A DNA stretch of 64,000 bases from Lama guanicoe (lineage: Eukaryota). Position numbers and translations under genes: made by a program. Below are positions 1 through 12,976 of this stretch, piece after piece. How positions within the stretch are numbered: position 1 is the first letter of the stretch; every line of letters starts with the position of its first letter. The stretch is taken from NCBI GenBank assembly GCA_013239625.1, contig MU054001.1:4938167-5002166 (forward strand). Reading direction: 5' to 3'. The notes beneath the pieces were generated by a model. It did no database searches, was not told the DNA's origin, and worked only from the letters and a program-made list of their open reading frames with translations.

Positions 1-179
1 TCTGTCTGGAGTGAGGAGCAGATTCCCAGCATTTAGGGATGAATAGGACTGAACCCAGGTGCACGAGGTGTGATCACGTGGCTTTCCAGAAAGTGGAAGG
101 GGGGCCCTTCTCATCTCAGAACCTTTTGGTGATTCCTGTCTCCCTCAGTGACTCACAGCAGCCTGCAGGGCCCTCTCTC

Positions 180-515
180 CTCACTGACACTTTCCCTGCC
201 CCCATTCACAGTCCCTCAGCCACATTTTCCTGGAGCTCACTGAACTTATTCCTGCACAGGGCCTTTGCACCTGCCATCCCTTTGCCTGGCACACCATCCA
301 CACGTGTGTCTCACACCTTGTCCCTTCTTTATTTTTCTTCCTTGTCCTTATTGCTATCTCAAATTAACAGTGTTTATTCTAGTGTGTGATCTGCCTCCCT
401 GACTGTGACGTACAGCTCACAAAGGCCAGGACCCTGTTTCTTATTTTCTCCTGGTGCAGTGCCTGCCGGTGAGCCTTGCATGTAGTTGGCGCCTGAAAAT
501 ATTTGTTGACTGTGA
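180..515 (+). mobile_element. L2 3' fragment
   Basis: agggcctttgcacctgcc...tagttggcgcctgaaaatatttgttga. Confidence 0.6.
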
Positions 516-544
516 AGAGGCATTTTGGAGAAGAACTGAATAAT

Positions 545-830
545 AACTGGGTATCAGACAACAGTAAGAAATTATTGTCAATTTGGTTGAGTGTGACAGT
601 GGTATTGAGGTTAGAGTGAAAAAAAAAGAGGTTGGAGTCCTTATGGGTAAAATGGTAACCTGAGATTTGCTTTAAAATATTCCAGTTTAAGAAAAAAGAG
701 GGAGTTGATGAAGCAAGAATGGCCAAATGCTGATAACTATTAAAATTAGGAAATGAATACATTTGGGTTAATTGTATTATTCTCTTTCTTTTGGGTGGGT
801 TTGAACATTTCCGTAATGAAGAGTTTAACA
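545..830 (+). mobile_element. L1ME-like LINE-1 3' end
   Basis: gatgaagcaagaatggccaaatgctgataact...ttgaacatttccgtaat. Confidence 0.65.
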
Positions 831-1599
831 CATTTGTTGCACTCATGGGCGAGTGAATGAATAGTGTACAAAGTGCAAGTAGCCCAGAGCCTAGCACATA
901 ACACACACTTACCAGTATTAGCTTGTAAAATTATCCATAAAAATGATGAGGGAGCAGATGAGAAAGTGCACTGCAGACGGGAACACACTGAACTCGGAGG
1001 GAGGATGATAGATACTGTTGTAGCTGATGTTCTTGAAAAGCAGCCCTCTGGTGGCCACGCCCACCCCGGGGCCTGGGCAGCCAGACAGGAAAATGCTGGC
1101 TGTGGCTGCCTGGCTGAGCAGGTAGAAGGCTCAGGAAGCTTTCAGGTGTCTGTCCAGCCGCCACACCCCACCCACTCACACGTGGTAACTGGCTTTAAGT
1201 GGCTTGAGGTAGGGTGGGCTTCTGTGGCCACGGCACTGAATAGCTGCTGGCCTGGGCAGGACCCTCAGGGGTGTCATGGAGGCAGGCGCTCATGCAGTGC
1301 TGAGAGGTCCGCGGATGGATGCAGTCCCAGGTTCTCAAGCCCACCCACACAGTCAGGCTCTCTGGGGAGGAGGGCACGTCGTGTTTGTGGTCAGACAGAC
1401 AGAGGGAGCCCCAGGGGGCTCTCAGTGGGGCCAGGGAAGCCAGCGAGACAGGACTGGCTCTATTGCCTGGAGTTTCCTGCTGCAGGTTGGAGCTGCAGGG
1501 GCAGGATTCGTGCTCCAGGAGGTGGGCAGAGGGCAGGGTGGTGGCCGCACAGCCCACCTGGCTCAGGGCCACCCCCTCTCTGTGATTGTCCTGTTTGGC

Positions 1600-1860
1600 A
1601 GCAGAGCACTGATAGTTACAAGCCCAGGTTGGAAGCCAGCAGCTCTGGGTGGGGATGCCAGCTCTGCCACCTGTCAGCTCTGCAACCTTGCACAAGGCAC
1701 TTACCTTCTCTGAGCATGTTTCCAAGTCTGGAAAACAGGATTAATGATAGTCCCCACTTGATCGGGGTTTGCGCTTAAGTGAGGTAATGTGTGTGCCTTG
1801 CCGTGTTTAATGCCTGGCCCTTCCTCGGAGTCAACACACAGTAGTTACGCATTATTGTGG
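1600..1860 (+). mobile_element. MIR SINE
   Basis: cagctctgccacctgtcagctctgcaaccttgcacaaggcacttaccttctctgagc. Confidence 0.6.
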
Positions 1861-2109
1861 GTTTAGTGGGTGGGTGGGCCTCCACAAATATTTCTCAAAT
1901 GATCTAATTTGTTTAGCCTGTAGCCCACTGTCTCCCTAGAATGGCAGAGGGTTGGTTTTCACTGATAAAATTGGGGAGCAGTTAGCAGGAGGAGGGGGAG
2001 GATGCTGGGGCACTTCTCCCAGATGGGTCACCTTCCAGCTCCATCTGGCCACCCCACCCTTGTGATAGACAGCTCGGCCTTGCTGCGATGCACAGCAGGG
2101 ACATCCTTC

Positions 2110-2310
2110 TGCAGGAGTGCCTATTCTACACCGGCACCGGGCTAAGCACGTCATATGTGTGAGCTTACTGAATTCTCCTGACAAGGCTAGAACTTAGATA
2201 TTTCTATTATCCTTATTTTAGATATGGGGAAACGGAGGTTGCTGGAGGTGAAATAAGTTCTCCTGGTGGAACCAGGACCATGGAGCCTGAGCAATCAATC
2301 CCTGGTTCTC
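2110..2310 (-). mobile_element. MIR SINE
   Basis: tattatccttattttagatatggggaaacggagg. Confidence 0.55.
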
Positions 2311-2559
2311 TCTCCTCTGGGCTAGGTTACCGAGGAGACTCTCCCCCTGGGGGGGGGGTCCACCCTTCTGGGGCTTGGAAAGGTGAACACATGAAAATAG
2401 CCTCTATTTGGACCCTGAGCCTTGGACCCTTGGAGGGAAGGAGGACTGATCAGGACAAATAAAAGAACTCATGGAAATAATGTTATACTAAGATGCAGCC
2501 GCCCTGGCTGAAAGCATAAACTGGTTTGTGATTAAATATCGGGTGACGTGTCCCCCTGG

Positions 2560-3012
2560 GTCCCTAGTAAGAGATGTTAGTTTGGTTAGGGCTGGGGACG
2601 TCCTTGGAACTAGCTTAGCAGTTCCAGGCTCAGCTCCCAGTTCTATTAGAGCCTCCACTGCCCTGGCTGACACGATCGGTTCAGAGGGTCCTTGTTATCC
2701 AAGCCAAGCAGCATTGGGTCTCCCTCCCACTGGGCTCAAAGCTGAGAGGGATGCATTTGGAACAGCTACAGCCCCCTTGCCATGACAGAAGAACCTGCCA
2801 GAGAACAAAGCCCACAATGGAAGAAGAACTGAGAGATGGGTAAATATCACCCAGGCCTTGATGACACCATTAAGCTCCTGGATCAAGCTGTATCTGAAGG
2901 TAAATCAGCCATGGGGTTATCAGTTAATAAGAGCTAGCAGGTTACTCTTATAGCTTAGCCACCTTGGGTTATGGTTTTTTTGTCACTTGCAACCAAAGGA
3001 TTCCTAACTTCC
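2560..3012 (+). mobile_element. Old MLT1 (K/L-like) LTR fragment
   Basis: 3' end cctggatcaagctgtatctgaag...tgtcacttgcaaccaaaggattcctaact. Confidence 0.55.
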
Positions 3013-3770
3013 ACAACATACTTACTCCTTGGAAGTTTGAAAACTCATTTGTGGGGCCATGGGGAGCCTCCGTATGTTTTTGACCTGAGGAGTGGCAAGC
3101 ACTGAGCTTCACTCCAGACTGTGTCTAGAAGTGCTTCTAGGAAGACAAGAGAGCAAGCTGGTTGTGCTCACCCTGGCCATGCTTTGTGCCTTGTCTCTGC
3201 CTGTTGCCTCCGTCTGCCGAGGAAAGGGATGCTGTGAGTATCTGCCCGCCCCGGCACTGGCTTCACTCACAAGCATCTTCTCCGTGAGAGAATGGGCTTC
3301 ACATCAAAGCAGCGCGGCAGCTCTCCTTAAACAAAACAGCCCTTCCCCTCCCCACTGCCTTGCAGAGGCAAGAAACCTCATTTAACCACCTGCAAGTTTT
3401 CTTTCATGGTCCTGTGTCATTACGGGAATGCTTTGATGGGGGCCGGGCGGGAGTGGGGGAGATGTCTGCCACCGTTACAATTAACTTGTTAGGGACAATG
3501 ACACCCAGCCAAGGCCCTGCCTGCTCGGGGTGTCGGGTGGGTGTGATGAAAGCCTGGGCCCACAGTGGGGGCCTGCAGCGGGGCCAGTCCCTAGTTTCTC
3601 AGGAGGAGACCCCCTGAGCAGGGCTCCAGCTCCTTGCTGGCTCTGTGAACATGCCTGTCAGTGTCTCAGTGCAAAGGGCAGGCCCTGCTGCTCCAAGTGT
3701 GCCACCAGACACCAAATGCCATCCTTCATGGCTTAACCAGGAGGCTAAGAGCCTAGCATTTGACATAAGA

Positions 3771-3812
3771 TAGCTTCACCACTGAGCTGTCTAGCTTCAC
3801 CACTGAGCTGTC
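3771..3812. repeat. Perfect 21-bp tandem duplication
   Basis: TAGCTTCACCACTGAGCTGTC x2. Confidence 0.95.
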
Positions 3813-6800
3813 AACTCATGTCACTTTTCTGAATCTCGTCCTTATCAGTGATCTGGGGTTGAGGATGCTCATAAATGGGGTAGCAGCGTTTCAGGCCTCA
3901 CTGTATTGGCCACTATTATCCTTATGAAAGAGGAGTGGGCTTCTAACCCACTTCCGGAGTCCCGGAAGGGTAACGTGGCAAATATTGCCACCAAAAAGGT
4001 GGTGAAAAAGTTCAGAGTCCTAGGGCCTGGACTTGGGCACCTTCCTTTGGCAGGCTGACCCCATCACTGGGGAGGGGGAGTGACCATAGAGCATCTCCCA
4101 CCTCTTCTCGATCCTTTGACTCATGGACTCAGGGGGCATCCTACGACTTAAGGACTTGGAGGGTCTTTGGGATCTTCAAGGTCCGTCCCCATTATCCCCA
4201 GTCAGTGCTGACTCCTGCCTTAAAACATACAGGTTTGAGCCACATAGGAAATCCAGCCTCTGTGAGTCCTGAAAATTTAAGGTCTGGAGTGTTGGGCACA
4301 GTCTTAGGGTCACTCCAGGCAAGTCCTATCATGCCTCTCTCCTCTTCACTCACACCTCCTCCAGGCAGGCACCTGAGAGGTAAAGTTAAGCCCCATCAGC
4401 TGCATACATTCGGTTCTCTGCCCTCTCCACCAGCCCTAAGACTCAGTGCCCCAGCAGATGTGGGTTTTAGAGGATCATGGGTCCCCCATCCTTGTTTGTG
4501 TGGACAGCTCTCTCAGCACCTTGTAGAGAATCAGGGGGAATCGGTAGGGAGGGACTTGAGTGTTCTTGCATCTCTGGCCTTCGCAGCACCAAAGCAGCCC
4601 CCTCCCACCACCCAGGGCCACTCTTGTAAGAACCTCCAGGCAGGGGTTCTCAGCCCATCTCTCCCCACGTGGTGGCCCTGGTGAGTACAAAGCATCAAAC
4701 AGATCCTGCCCCTCCTCCACTGAAACCCACTTAAGGCTCCATTTCTAAGTTCCGGCCATGTCTCCAAGCCTTGCACGGCTGGGTCTCCCCCTCATGCCCA
4801 GTATCATCGTCCCTCTCACCCCATTTTCCTGGGCCCTCATCGGGGCTTTAGTATATGTGTTCCCTCCAGCTGGAGATGCCTCCCCTCACTCCGACTCCGC
4901 TCTATCCTCAGAGGCCTCCCTTGGCTTCCCCACCCCCAGTTTGAAGCAGGAGCCTCTACCAGCCCCCTCGGCATGCCCTGGGCTATTCCTGCCATGCGAG
5001 CTCTCTTGCTGTCTGTGGCTGTTTCTCTCCTACATCCTCCCAGCCCCCAAGAGGCCTCCCAAGGGCAGAGGTTCTATTTTGCTCCCGCCTGTATCTCCAG
5101 CTTCTAGATAGAACCTGGTAAAGGGAGGTCCTCACTTTGCCTGATGCTTGGCACACGCCGCCAGGTAACCAGGGAGATCCCGAGCGAAGGCCCAGCATCT
5201 GAGTGAACCCTCCCGGCCTCTCTGAAGCACACAATGGCACCTAAGAATGAACTCTCCCAATTAGGCCCATAATAGAAGCTTCATCTGGGGCTCGTGGTAA
5301 TGAGGCTGCTCACAGCCGGCCTTTCATCCTGGGCTGCCTGTCAGAGCCCACTCTCTTGTTAACTGTGGCCTCCCCGCTCTCCCCACCCTGGCCCGGCCCA
5401 GCCTGCACCCCGAGCCCGGGGCTGTGTGCCTCGCAGGGAAGCCCCCGGCCTGGCGGCCCCTCTGTAAGGCCCAGACCGGCTGCTGGGAAGCGTGCCTGGT
5501 GAGAAGAAGGCGCCCGTCATTCCGGAGACGCACGGATTGCCTCGGCCCATGAAAGCCCTCAGGTTTGCCAATGTTAAGACTCTATTGCTTTTCGGACCCT
5601 GAGAGGGTGGAGGGGCTGCTCCAAGGCGCAGCCCTCTCCTTACCTCCCTCTCCCCTGCTGGGCGAGGACAGAGCCTGGGACTGACTCCAGGAGGAGCCGA
5701 GCTCTCCCCACCCCCGCGGGGCCCATGCTGGGTTCCACCTCCATTTAGAGCATGTCCCTTCCCTCCCTGGTGCCTGGCTTCCCCTCCGACTTTCCAAAGG
5801 TGATTTTTAACTGCATTTTCCCGGGTGGAGAGAGAGTGAGGAATGAGGAACCAGTGGGCCAGTCCTGGCCACTTTCCCAGCATCCCCATTCCTAGTGGGG
5901 CACTCTCACCTTGTGGGGTTTGAGTTCTCAGGACATTCATGGACTGGGGCAGCATGAAGAGTGAATGGTAGCACAAAACCTCACTGGCTTGGCCTCGGCC
6001 TCCAGGCCGTGTGGGCCGTGCTCCTGGCTCCACTGACCTCACCTGGCCGGCTCCCTGCCCCGCTCGCTCTGCCCCAGCCTAGATGGCTGCGCCTCTTCCA
6101 GGTCCCCCCAGCTTACCCATCTCTGCCCTTAGCCCTGGGCGGTTCTCTCCCTGCAAAACACAACTCCTAGATCTTTGCATACTGGCTTGTCATTTGCATG
6201 TCGCTTCCAATGATGCTGACTACCCACCCTGAACAATGTCAAGTATGCCCTTCAGAGGGCACCCCCTCATTTCACCCTCACGCTCTCAACACATCTCATT
6301 TACCTGTGTTTTCATCGAGCGTGAATCTCCCCTTACTGAGACATGACTTCCGTGAGTGTGGACCTGTCTGTTCACTGTGGTTTGCTGGATGCCTAGAGCC
6401 ATGCCTGGTACGTAAATATTTATGGGAAAATCACCACCGAACTTCTCCTCATTGACCTGCAGATGCTCTTTTGGCCCTGCAGGTTCGGTGGAAAGCCTTG
6501 CCTTGGCTCCTGGGGAGCACATCCCTTGTAGGACTTTGCCGTTGACAATGGTGCCTTCTTGAAGTCACCTCCATTTCCAAGCTGGCCCAGTGGGGCCAGG
6601 ATAACGAAGCTACTTTAACATAAATAATTTGCTTCTGAGGTGTAAGAAATGGGGAATATTTTTAGAAGGCCTGCCCTCCTAGGGGAAGTAAATGACTTAT
6701 GAAAACGGGATTTTTCAAAGTGGCCTTCAAGAGAAAAGGGAGCCGTGTGTGATGGCCAAAATGGAATTCTATGAATTAGTGCGACTCATTATTCTGGCCG

Positions 6801-9800
6801 TGCCAGACACGCACACACACAGACAGGCACACACACGTGCTCACTCACTCACTTTTCTTCCTGCCTTCCATTTCATGGTCTTAGCTCAAATCTGAAATAA
6901 AACCACCGCAGCCCTCCTCCCCTGGCCCTCAGCGGCGGCCTGTCTGATTGGATGCCTCCCGCAGCCCTGAAGACCAGAGCTTCAAGGAGGAAGCTGTCGG
7001 GGACACGCTGAGCCCTCGCTTCTTAAAGTGCGCGCCATAAGTTACCTTGAAATGTTATTTTTTTTTAAAAAAAAAAAGTATTTTAGGTTCAACAGACACT
7101 TGGGTTCCTGTTAACAACTCATTTAAGGAGAAAGTGGGGGGAAGGCATTCAGATCAAGGCTTCTTTGACAACACGAACCTCCTTACTTTGAATCCTTATG
7201 GTATGGATGGGATGAAAGATTTCGTGGAGGCGCAGATGGGTACGTGCGCGGGTGAGAAAGGACAGATGTTAGCTACAACGGAGACGCGGGCATCTTGGGA
7301 TGGGCTTTGTCTGGCCAAAAATGGAGAATAGATATTGGAGTGGGGGGGGGGGAGTGAGAAACCCAGAAAGCCAAGGCACAAAAACCACTTTTGTGGCCAT
7401 TGTGTTTCCAATGGAGTCTTGATCTAGGGAAGACATGCTGTTTGGGGAACTAATAAGGTGCCCAGCTCCTTCTCGAGGCACGTTCTGAAAACTGAGGGCT
7501 AGAGGAATCATCCAGTGCTGACTCCGCAGGGTCTTTCTCCCCTTGTCTACAAGATCTGGCCTCCAGAGCAGGCATGGGTCTGTCTTCCGCCCATCACCCC
7601 TGAAGCCCCAGACAGCCAGCTCTGGGCTCCTTGTCTAGAAGGTCCTGGTGGCTTTCCATTGTCCATAGGCTCAACACCAAAATCCCAGGCTCGCAACCAA
7701 GGTTCACCAAAGGTTGGCTCCGCTTTGCATTTCTGCCCAGTCCCCACACCTACCTCTGACCACACCCATATCCTCCCTTATCCCACTGCATTTTTCTCTC
7801 TTCCATGGAAGGTCCCCTTCTCTGAAGAGCCTCTTCCCCACTTGTCCAGGGTCCACTCGTCCTGGCAGACCTGACTCCCAGGAGCCTTCTGAGACTAGCC
7901 CATCCTCACTGAATTCCTTTGGTGAGTTCTCACACACTGATTCCTTGTGGATTTTTCCCCATCTCATTGTCCGTCTAATCTACTCTCCCAAAAGGACCTT
8001 TAGCTTCCTGGTGGGCGAGGATCCTGCCTCACAGGCAGCAGGACGTGGCAGGGGTCCACAGACTGAGCACAGGAAGCACTGGCCTCTTCTAATCTGTGAG
8101 AGGCGGCCAGGCTGTGGGCTGGAGGAGGCAGAAGATGTAGACTCAACACCTCTTCTAGGTGATCTCCCGTTTCTGAGGCTGGGGAACTGGACCCAAGAGG
8201 ACCTGCCACCATATTGCTGTCACCCTTTGCCAACCACTCTGAAACCTGGAGGACCAGTGGTCCCTGGGGCAAGGCCAAAACTTTCAGCTTCTCAACATTG
8301 TCCCAACACTTTCTCTTCTATAATAGTTCACTCAATTGTTAAGTGGCCCACGATGTGCCAGGCACTGGGGACTCGGTGGTGAATATGCCAAACACTGTCC
8401 CCATACCCTTAGGACTTACAGTGAATCATGAGCCATAGAAAAGCTTGATTACAATTGTGGCACATGCAGTGAAGGGCAGGCGCAGGCTGCTCTAAGGGTA
8501 TTTAGACTGACCTAACAATTTTTTCTCAAGGACACCGGTTTGCATCTGGTGGGGTCTGAGTGGGCTGACCAGCTGCAGTGGCAATGGAGAGCCCTGAGTC
8601 ACCTTGATGGGCCACTTGATGGGATGCTGAGTGCAGGAAGGTGGATAGAAGCAGGTCAGTTCTCACTGAGGGTCTGTGGTGAGGCTGGTGCTCTGAGCAC
8701 ATGTGGAGAAGTGCCTTCAAGCAGGGATTGTTATGACTGTGGGGGAGATCAGAGCAGGAATCCAGTGCCCTTCCAACTGAGGCCATAGCCAGAAAGTTGC
8801 ACCACTGATGCGAAGTGCCTTCTCTTTTTGAAAATGAGGGCCTTCTTTTCAACAAGCTCCCAAGTCCTATGTCCTTCAAAGCCTCACTGACGTCACCCTA
8901 GTGGCAACTGATCACCCCCTCACTGCTTCTATTTCACTCCATTTCACTCCCTTGGTTTTTCTAGTAATGAAGCTAGTGAGCTGCCTTGTATCATGGCTCC
9001 TTCTGCAAGTGTTCATCCACTCTATCTCATGGTGAATCCCAGGAGAATTCGAGTTACACCTACTAGTTCTTCTTTAGGTAGCAAGGATCCTAAGTGAGGG
9101 CACAAACCAGGTGAAACAAGTATCTGGCATGCATGCCACCACCTCCTAATCCAGTGGCCAGGGCAGACATTATTAATCAATCCTGATTAATTTCATTTAC
9201 TCTCACTTCTGCTGTACTTGAGCAGAATTTTAAAGCGCCTCCTCAAAAGCATCCTCCCTGGTCACCCTCTGAAAGGGGTCACCCCTTCCTCAATTGTTTT
9301 CTACAAGTGAACCCATTCTTTTCTTCACAGTGCTCATCACAATTAGTAATAATGTATTTTTTAAACTTATTTAAGGCCTATTTCCCCAACTAACCTGTAA
9401 ACTCCATGCAGTGGGATCACGTCCATTTCTGCTCATCATAGAATCTCTGGGCTCAGAGTCTTTGTCACATAGGAAAAGCTCAGTGAATGTTGGCTGCAAG
9501 TTGATTGAATGCTTTAGTCCATGAATGATTTAAAGAGAGAACCCAGGCTTCCCCAGGGCCCAGAGCTGCTTAAGTGTTTAAACTGTTCAAGACCTTCCCT
9601 CCACATCAGAGGTTTCTGCAGATCTGGGACAAAACTTCTCCCTCCAAGTTCAGTGGGCACGGAGAATTTTATTTTGGACCCGAGAGTTTATTTTGGAGCT
9701 AGTGGGGTGGTGTTCAGTGTGGGCCCAGGAGATGTGTGCCAGGGGTGGGCAGAGCTGTGGCCCCTACCCTCCTGCCTGGGTTCCTGGTGGCAGCCCCTGA

Positions 9801-10278
9801 AGGCCCCTGGGGCCCTGAAGTGGGGGCCCAGCTCCCAGAAACTGGGCTCTGCCAGCAGGAGGCGTGGACTTGACTCTGGTCCTTGACTAATTAGGGTGCC
9901 CCAGTGCACTGCTGCCTGTATCTTGATTTCCTCTCCTCCCCTTCCTCCTCCTCCACCTCCATTCTACCAAGGGGAGGGGGGTGAGAGGGTGCTGTGTGCC
10001 TCCCTTTCATTGCTTCTACAGCTGGAGCCAGACGGCCCCCTCCCCTCTGGAGACGTGAAGCCCTCCTGAGCCCGTTTCTCTGCAGACTCACCCTGCTCTG
10101 ACCAGCGAAGCCTGCCTAACGCGTCCTGGGGGAGGAGGATGCCTAGGCAAAACGGCTCCCCTAGCCCTGCTGGAGCTCTGTCCCACCGACCTGCTGCCAG
10201 TGGGAATCTGTGTGTGTATCTGGGGGGTGGGATCGGCGGCTGGGGGTAGCCCAGTGGGTCGGTAGGGCCCTGACTGGC

Positions 10279-10415
10279 ACCCCCCTCCAAGCCTGCCTCT
10301 CATTTGGTGGGGGTGGGGGGAGGGCAGGGTCCAGCTGGAGTCCAGCCACCCCCTCCACACCTGCCTCTCATTTGGTGGGGGTGGGGGGAGGGCAGGGTCC
10401 AGCTGGAGTCCAGCC
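10279..10415. repeat. Two-copy ~68-bp tandem duplication with G-tracts
   Basis: 56 identical bases at 10292-10347 and 10360-10415. Confidence 0.95.
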
Positions 10416-12934
10416 TTTCTCCTAGAAGGGCAGGCCCCTGATCTCCCCCTGGAGGGCCAGTGAGCTGGGGGGGGGGTTACTTCCAGCAGAGAAACCAAGT
10501 CCATTCTCCCAGAAATTCAAGTCCTGGGGGCTGAAAGCCAAGGCAGGCCTGGAACAGAACCCCCACAGGCAGGCAGCCCTTGGGACATTTCAGAGGCTTT
10601 CTCTGCTGTCTCCTATTCCATCAGCAGAGCCAGCTCCACCCGCTTCCCACCCCTTCCTTTGCCTGGACTGCGCTTCCTCCCATCTCTGCCCTGTGAGCTT
10701 CTTTCTACTCCTGCTGAAGGTCCGACTCAAATGTCACCTCCTCTGAGAGGCCTCCCAGGGCTCCTCCAGCCAAGGTTACTCGCTACCTTTTTGGGTTCCT
10801 ACCCTCTTTCCATTAAGGTGGGTGTTCTTGGCTGAATAATTACTAATTGGCTCTGACACCTTACCTTCTGCCTCTAGACAGTGAGCTCCAAGGGCATCAC
10901 CCTTGCATGGAACGTGTTATTTCTGCTTGTCTCACCTCCATGCCCCCTTCTTCCTCTAATGGCTCCTGTGGCAGCTGGTCCCTCAGGGGGTTCCCCACCC
11001 TCGTGATGCTTGACTCTCCACCTCGTGTCACCCTCTCCCACAGTGAACAGGGCAGAGCTGTGTGACCGACAGGACGCTGCATTAGTGATGGGGTGTGTGA
11101 CTTCTGAGGTGAGAGCATTAAGGGGTCAGACCTTCTGCCTCACTCTCTTTGAGAAGCCAGCGCCATGTCGTCAGGATATGCGAGTGGCTCCGTGGAGTGG
11201 CCCCGAGGAGGACCTGAGGCCTCCTCCCCACTGCGCCAGCACTGACCAGCCACCTGCGCACGTGAGCCACCGGGCGGCGGGTCCTCAGCCCTGGCCATGC
11301 CTGCAAATGACTGCAGTTGACTGACAGCTGACTGCCGCCTCCTGAGCCATCCCCAGCCAGAGCGCCCAGCCAAGCTGCTCCCTAATTCCTGATCCACAGA
11401 AACTCTGAGGCAGTTATGTCTGTTACTGTTTGGGGAAAATCTCTTCTCCAGCAACAGACGACTGAAGAGTACCCCTGTTCCCTTTGGGGAACTACCTTCT
11501 CCCTTCTCCCCCTGCACGTGGACTTGGAGGAACGGTCTGTAAGGATGCCTCATCTTCTCTGGGCCAAGGGTTGGGGCCCTGACCTTAGAGAGGACAATGA
11601 GACCCTTTCCCTGGAATTTGTATCTCAGGCAGAGATACTAGACCTGGAAGTGGTTGGGTTGAGTCTAGAAACTACTTGATACCCCCACCCCACACATACA
11701 TTGTATACATGCATGTACACCTGTACACTAACACACATGTCTACAGACACACACACACATTTTTCTTTCCTGCCAGAGTTGGTTACTGTTGGCAATCAGA
11801 TAACCTGGATCGACAGCCACCTTGTTGTCATCATCTTCCCAACCCCACCCACCATCACACCACTCACTGGAGGCCCCCTCCCAGTGCCTAGATCACACAT
11901 CACTCAGTGAGTGCTCGGCCATTGTGCTCTGGATAAACCAAAACTTAGAAACAGGAATGACATCAGGACCATCTATTGTGACTTTGATTTGTGTTTTGCT
12001 TGCACACTTGGAGAAGTTAAAAGCTTGAGAATTCCTTATGCGTGATTGTCTGAGTCTCTCCCTCCCTCCGCCACCTTCCAGGAGGAGGGCGGCTCTTCTG
12101 GCTCACCTGCTGCCAGGCCAGGAGCAGGTGTCTGCAGACAGCCAGCCTGCCTTCCTTGGCCTGGAAGTCTGGGCCCTTTGAGGAGAGTAGTGGGGTGAGA
12201 AGAAAGCACAGCCAGGAGACAAGAGTGCTACCGTGACTGGAGGTACATGCACTGTTGTTGTCAGCAGTGTCTTGGGGGCGCCAGGCATTCTGGAGAGACA
12301 TGGCAGTGCAGCCCATCTCAGGAGGTAGGACTGGAGCCTGGGCGCCTCCCAGCAGAAATCCTTGCATCCGCTTGGTGCAGAGCCAGTGCAGCTGAGCATG
12401 TTCAGGGAACCTTTAGGCTTTTGTGGTCCATGACACACAGGAATTCAGCAGTGACCAGTGTAGACTGACATCAGATGCTGGGAATCCTGCACACCCCATG
12501 TACTGCTCTGCAGAATGTCCCGGGACCCTGGGGCTGTAGGGAGGGAACCCCACTGAGGCCTGAAATCGAATTTCCCACCAGACCAGCATGGCAGGGGCAC
12601 AAAATTTAATCCACAAAATGAGTTGATAGTAATTTGATTTAGGGAAATGCACCATTTCTTTTATCTCTAGGTTTGCGAAAGAAGACACAAAGCTACTAGA
12701 ATGTTTAGCTCCATGGTGCCGGGAATTTTTCCCTTTGGTCTATTTTATTCATGACTGTATTACAGAGCTTTATACATTGCCTGACACACAGTAGGCACCC
12801 AATAAATATTAACGTATAAAGGCACGAATAGAAGAATCATTTATGGGGTTCTCATTAAGTACTAGAGACTTACGGAAACTTCCCTGAGATCCTTTTTATA
12901 ACAACCCTAGAAACTTAGTTTTCTCATCCACACT

Positions 12935-12976
12935 TTTCCTTCCTTCCTTCCTTCCTTCCTTCTCCCCTCCCTTCCT
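12935..12976. repeat. (TTCC)n microsatellite
   Basis: Direct reading of the sequence. Confidence 0.9.

Noticed and set aside
864..1778. Longest ORF in the window (304 aa, + strand)
   Set aside because: It has a non-ATG start and low-complexity G/P/R/S composition typical of GC-rich non-coding DNA. It runs into a MIR and has no splice or homology support.
10279..10415. Direct repeats as a CRISPR-like array
   Set aside because: There are only two adjacent copies with no unique spacers, in a mammalian context.
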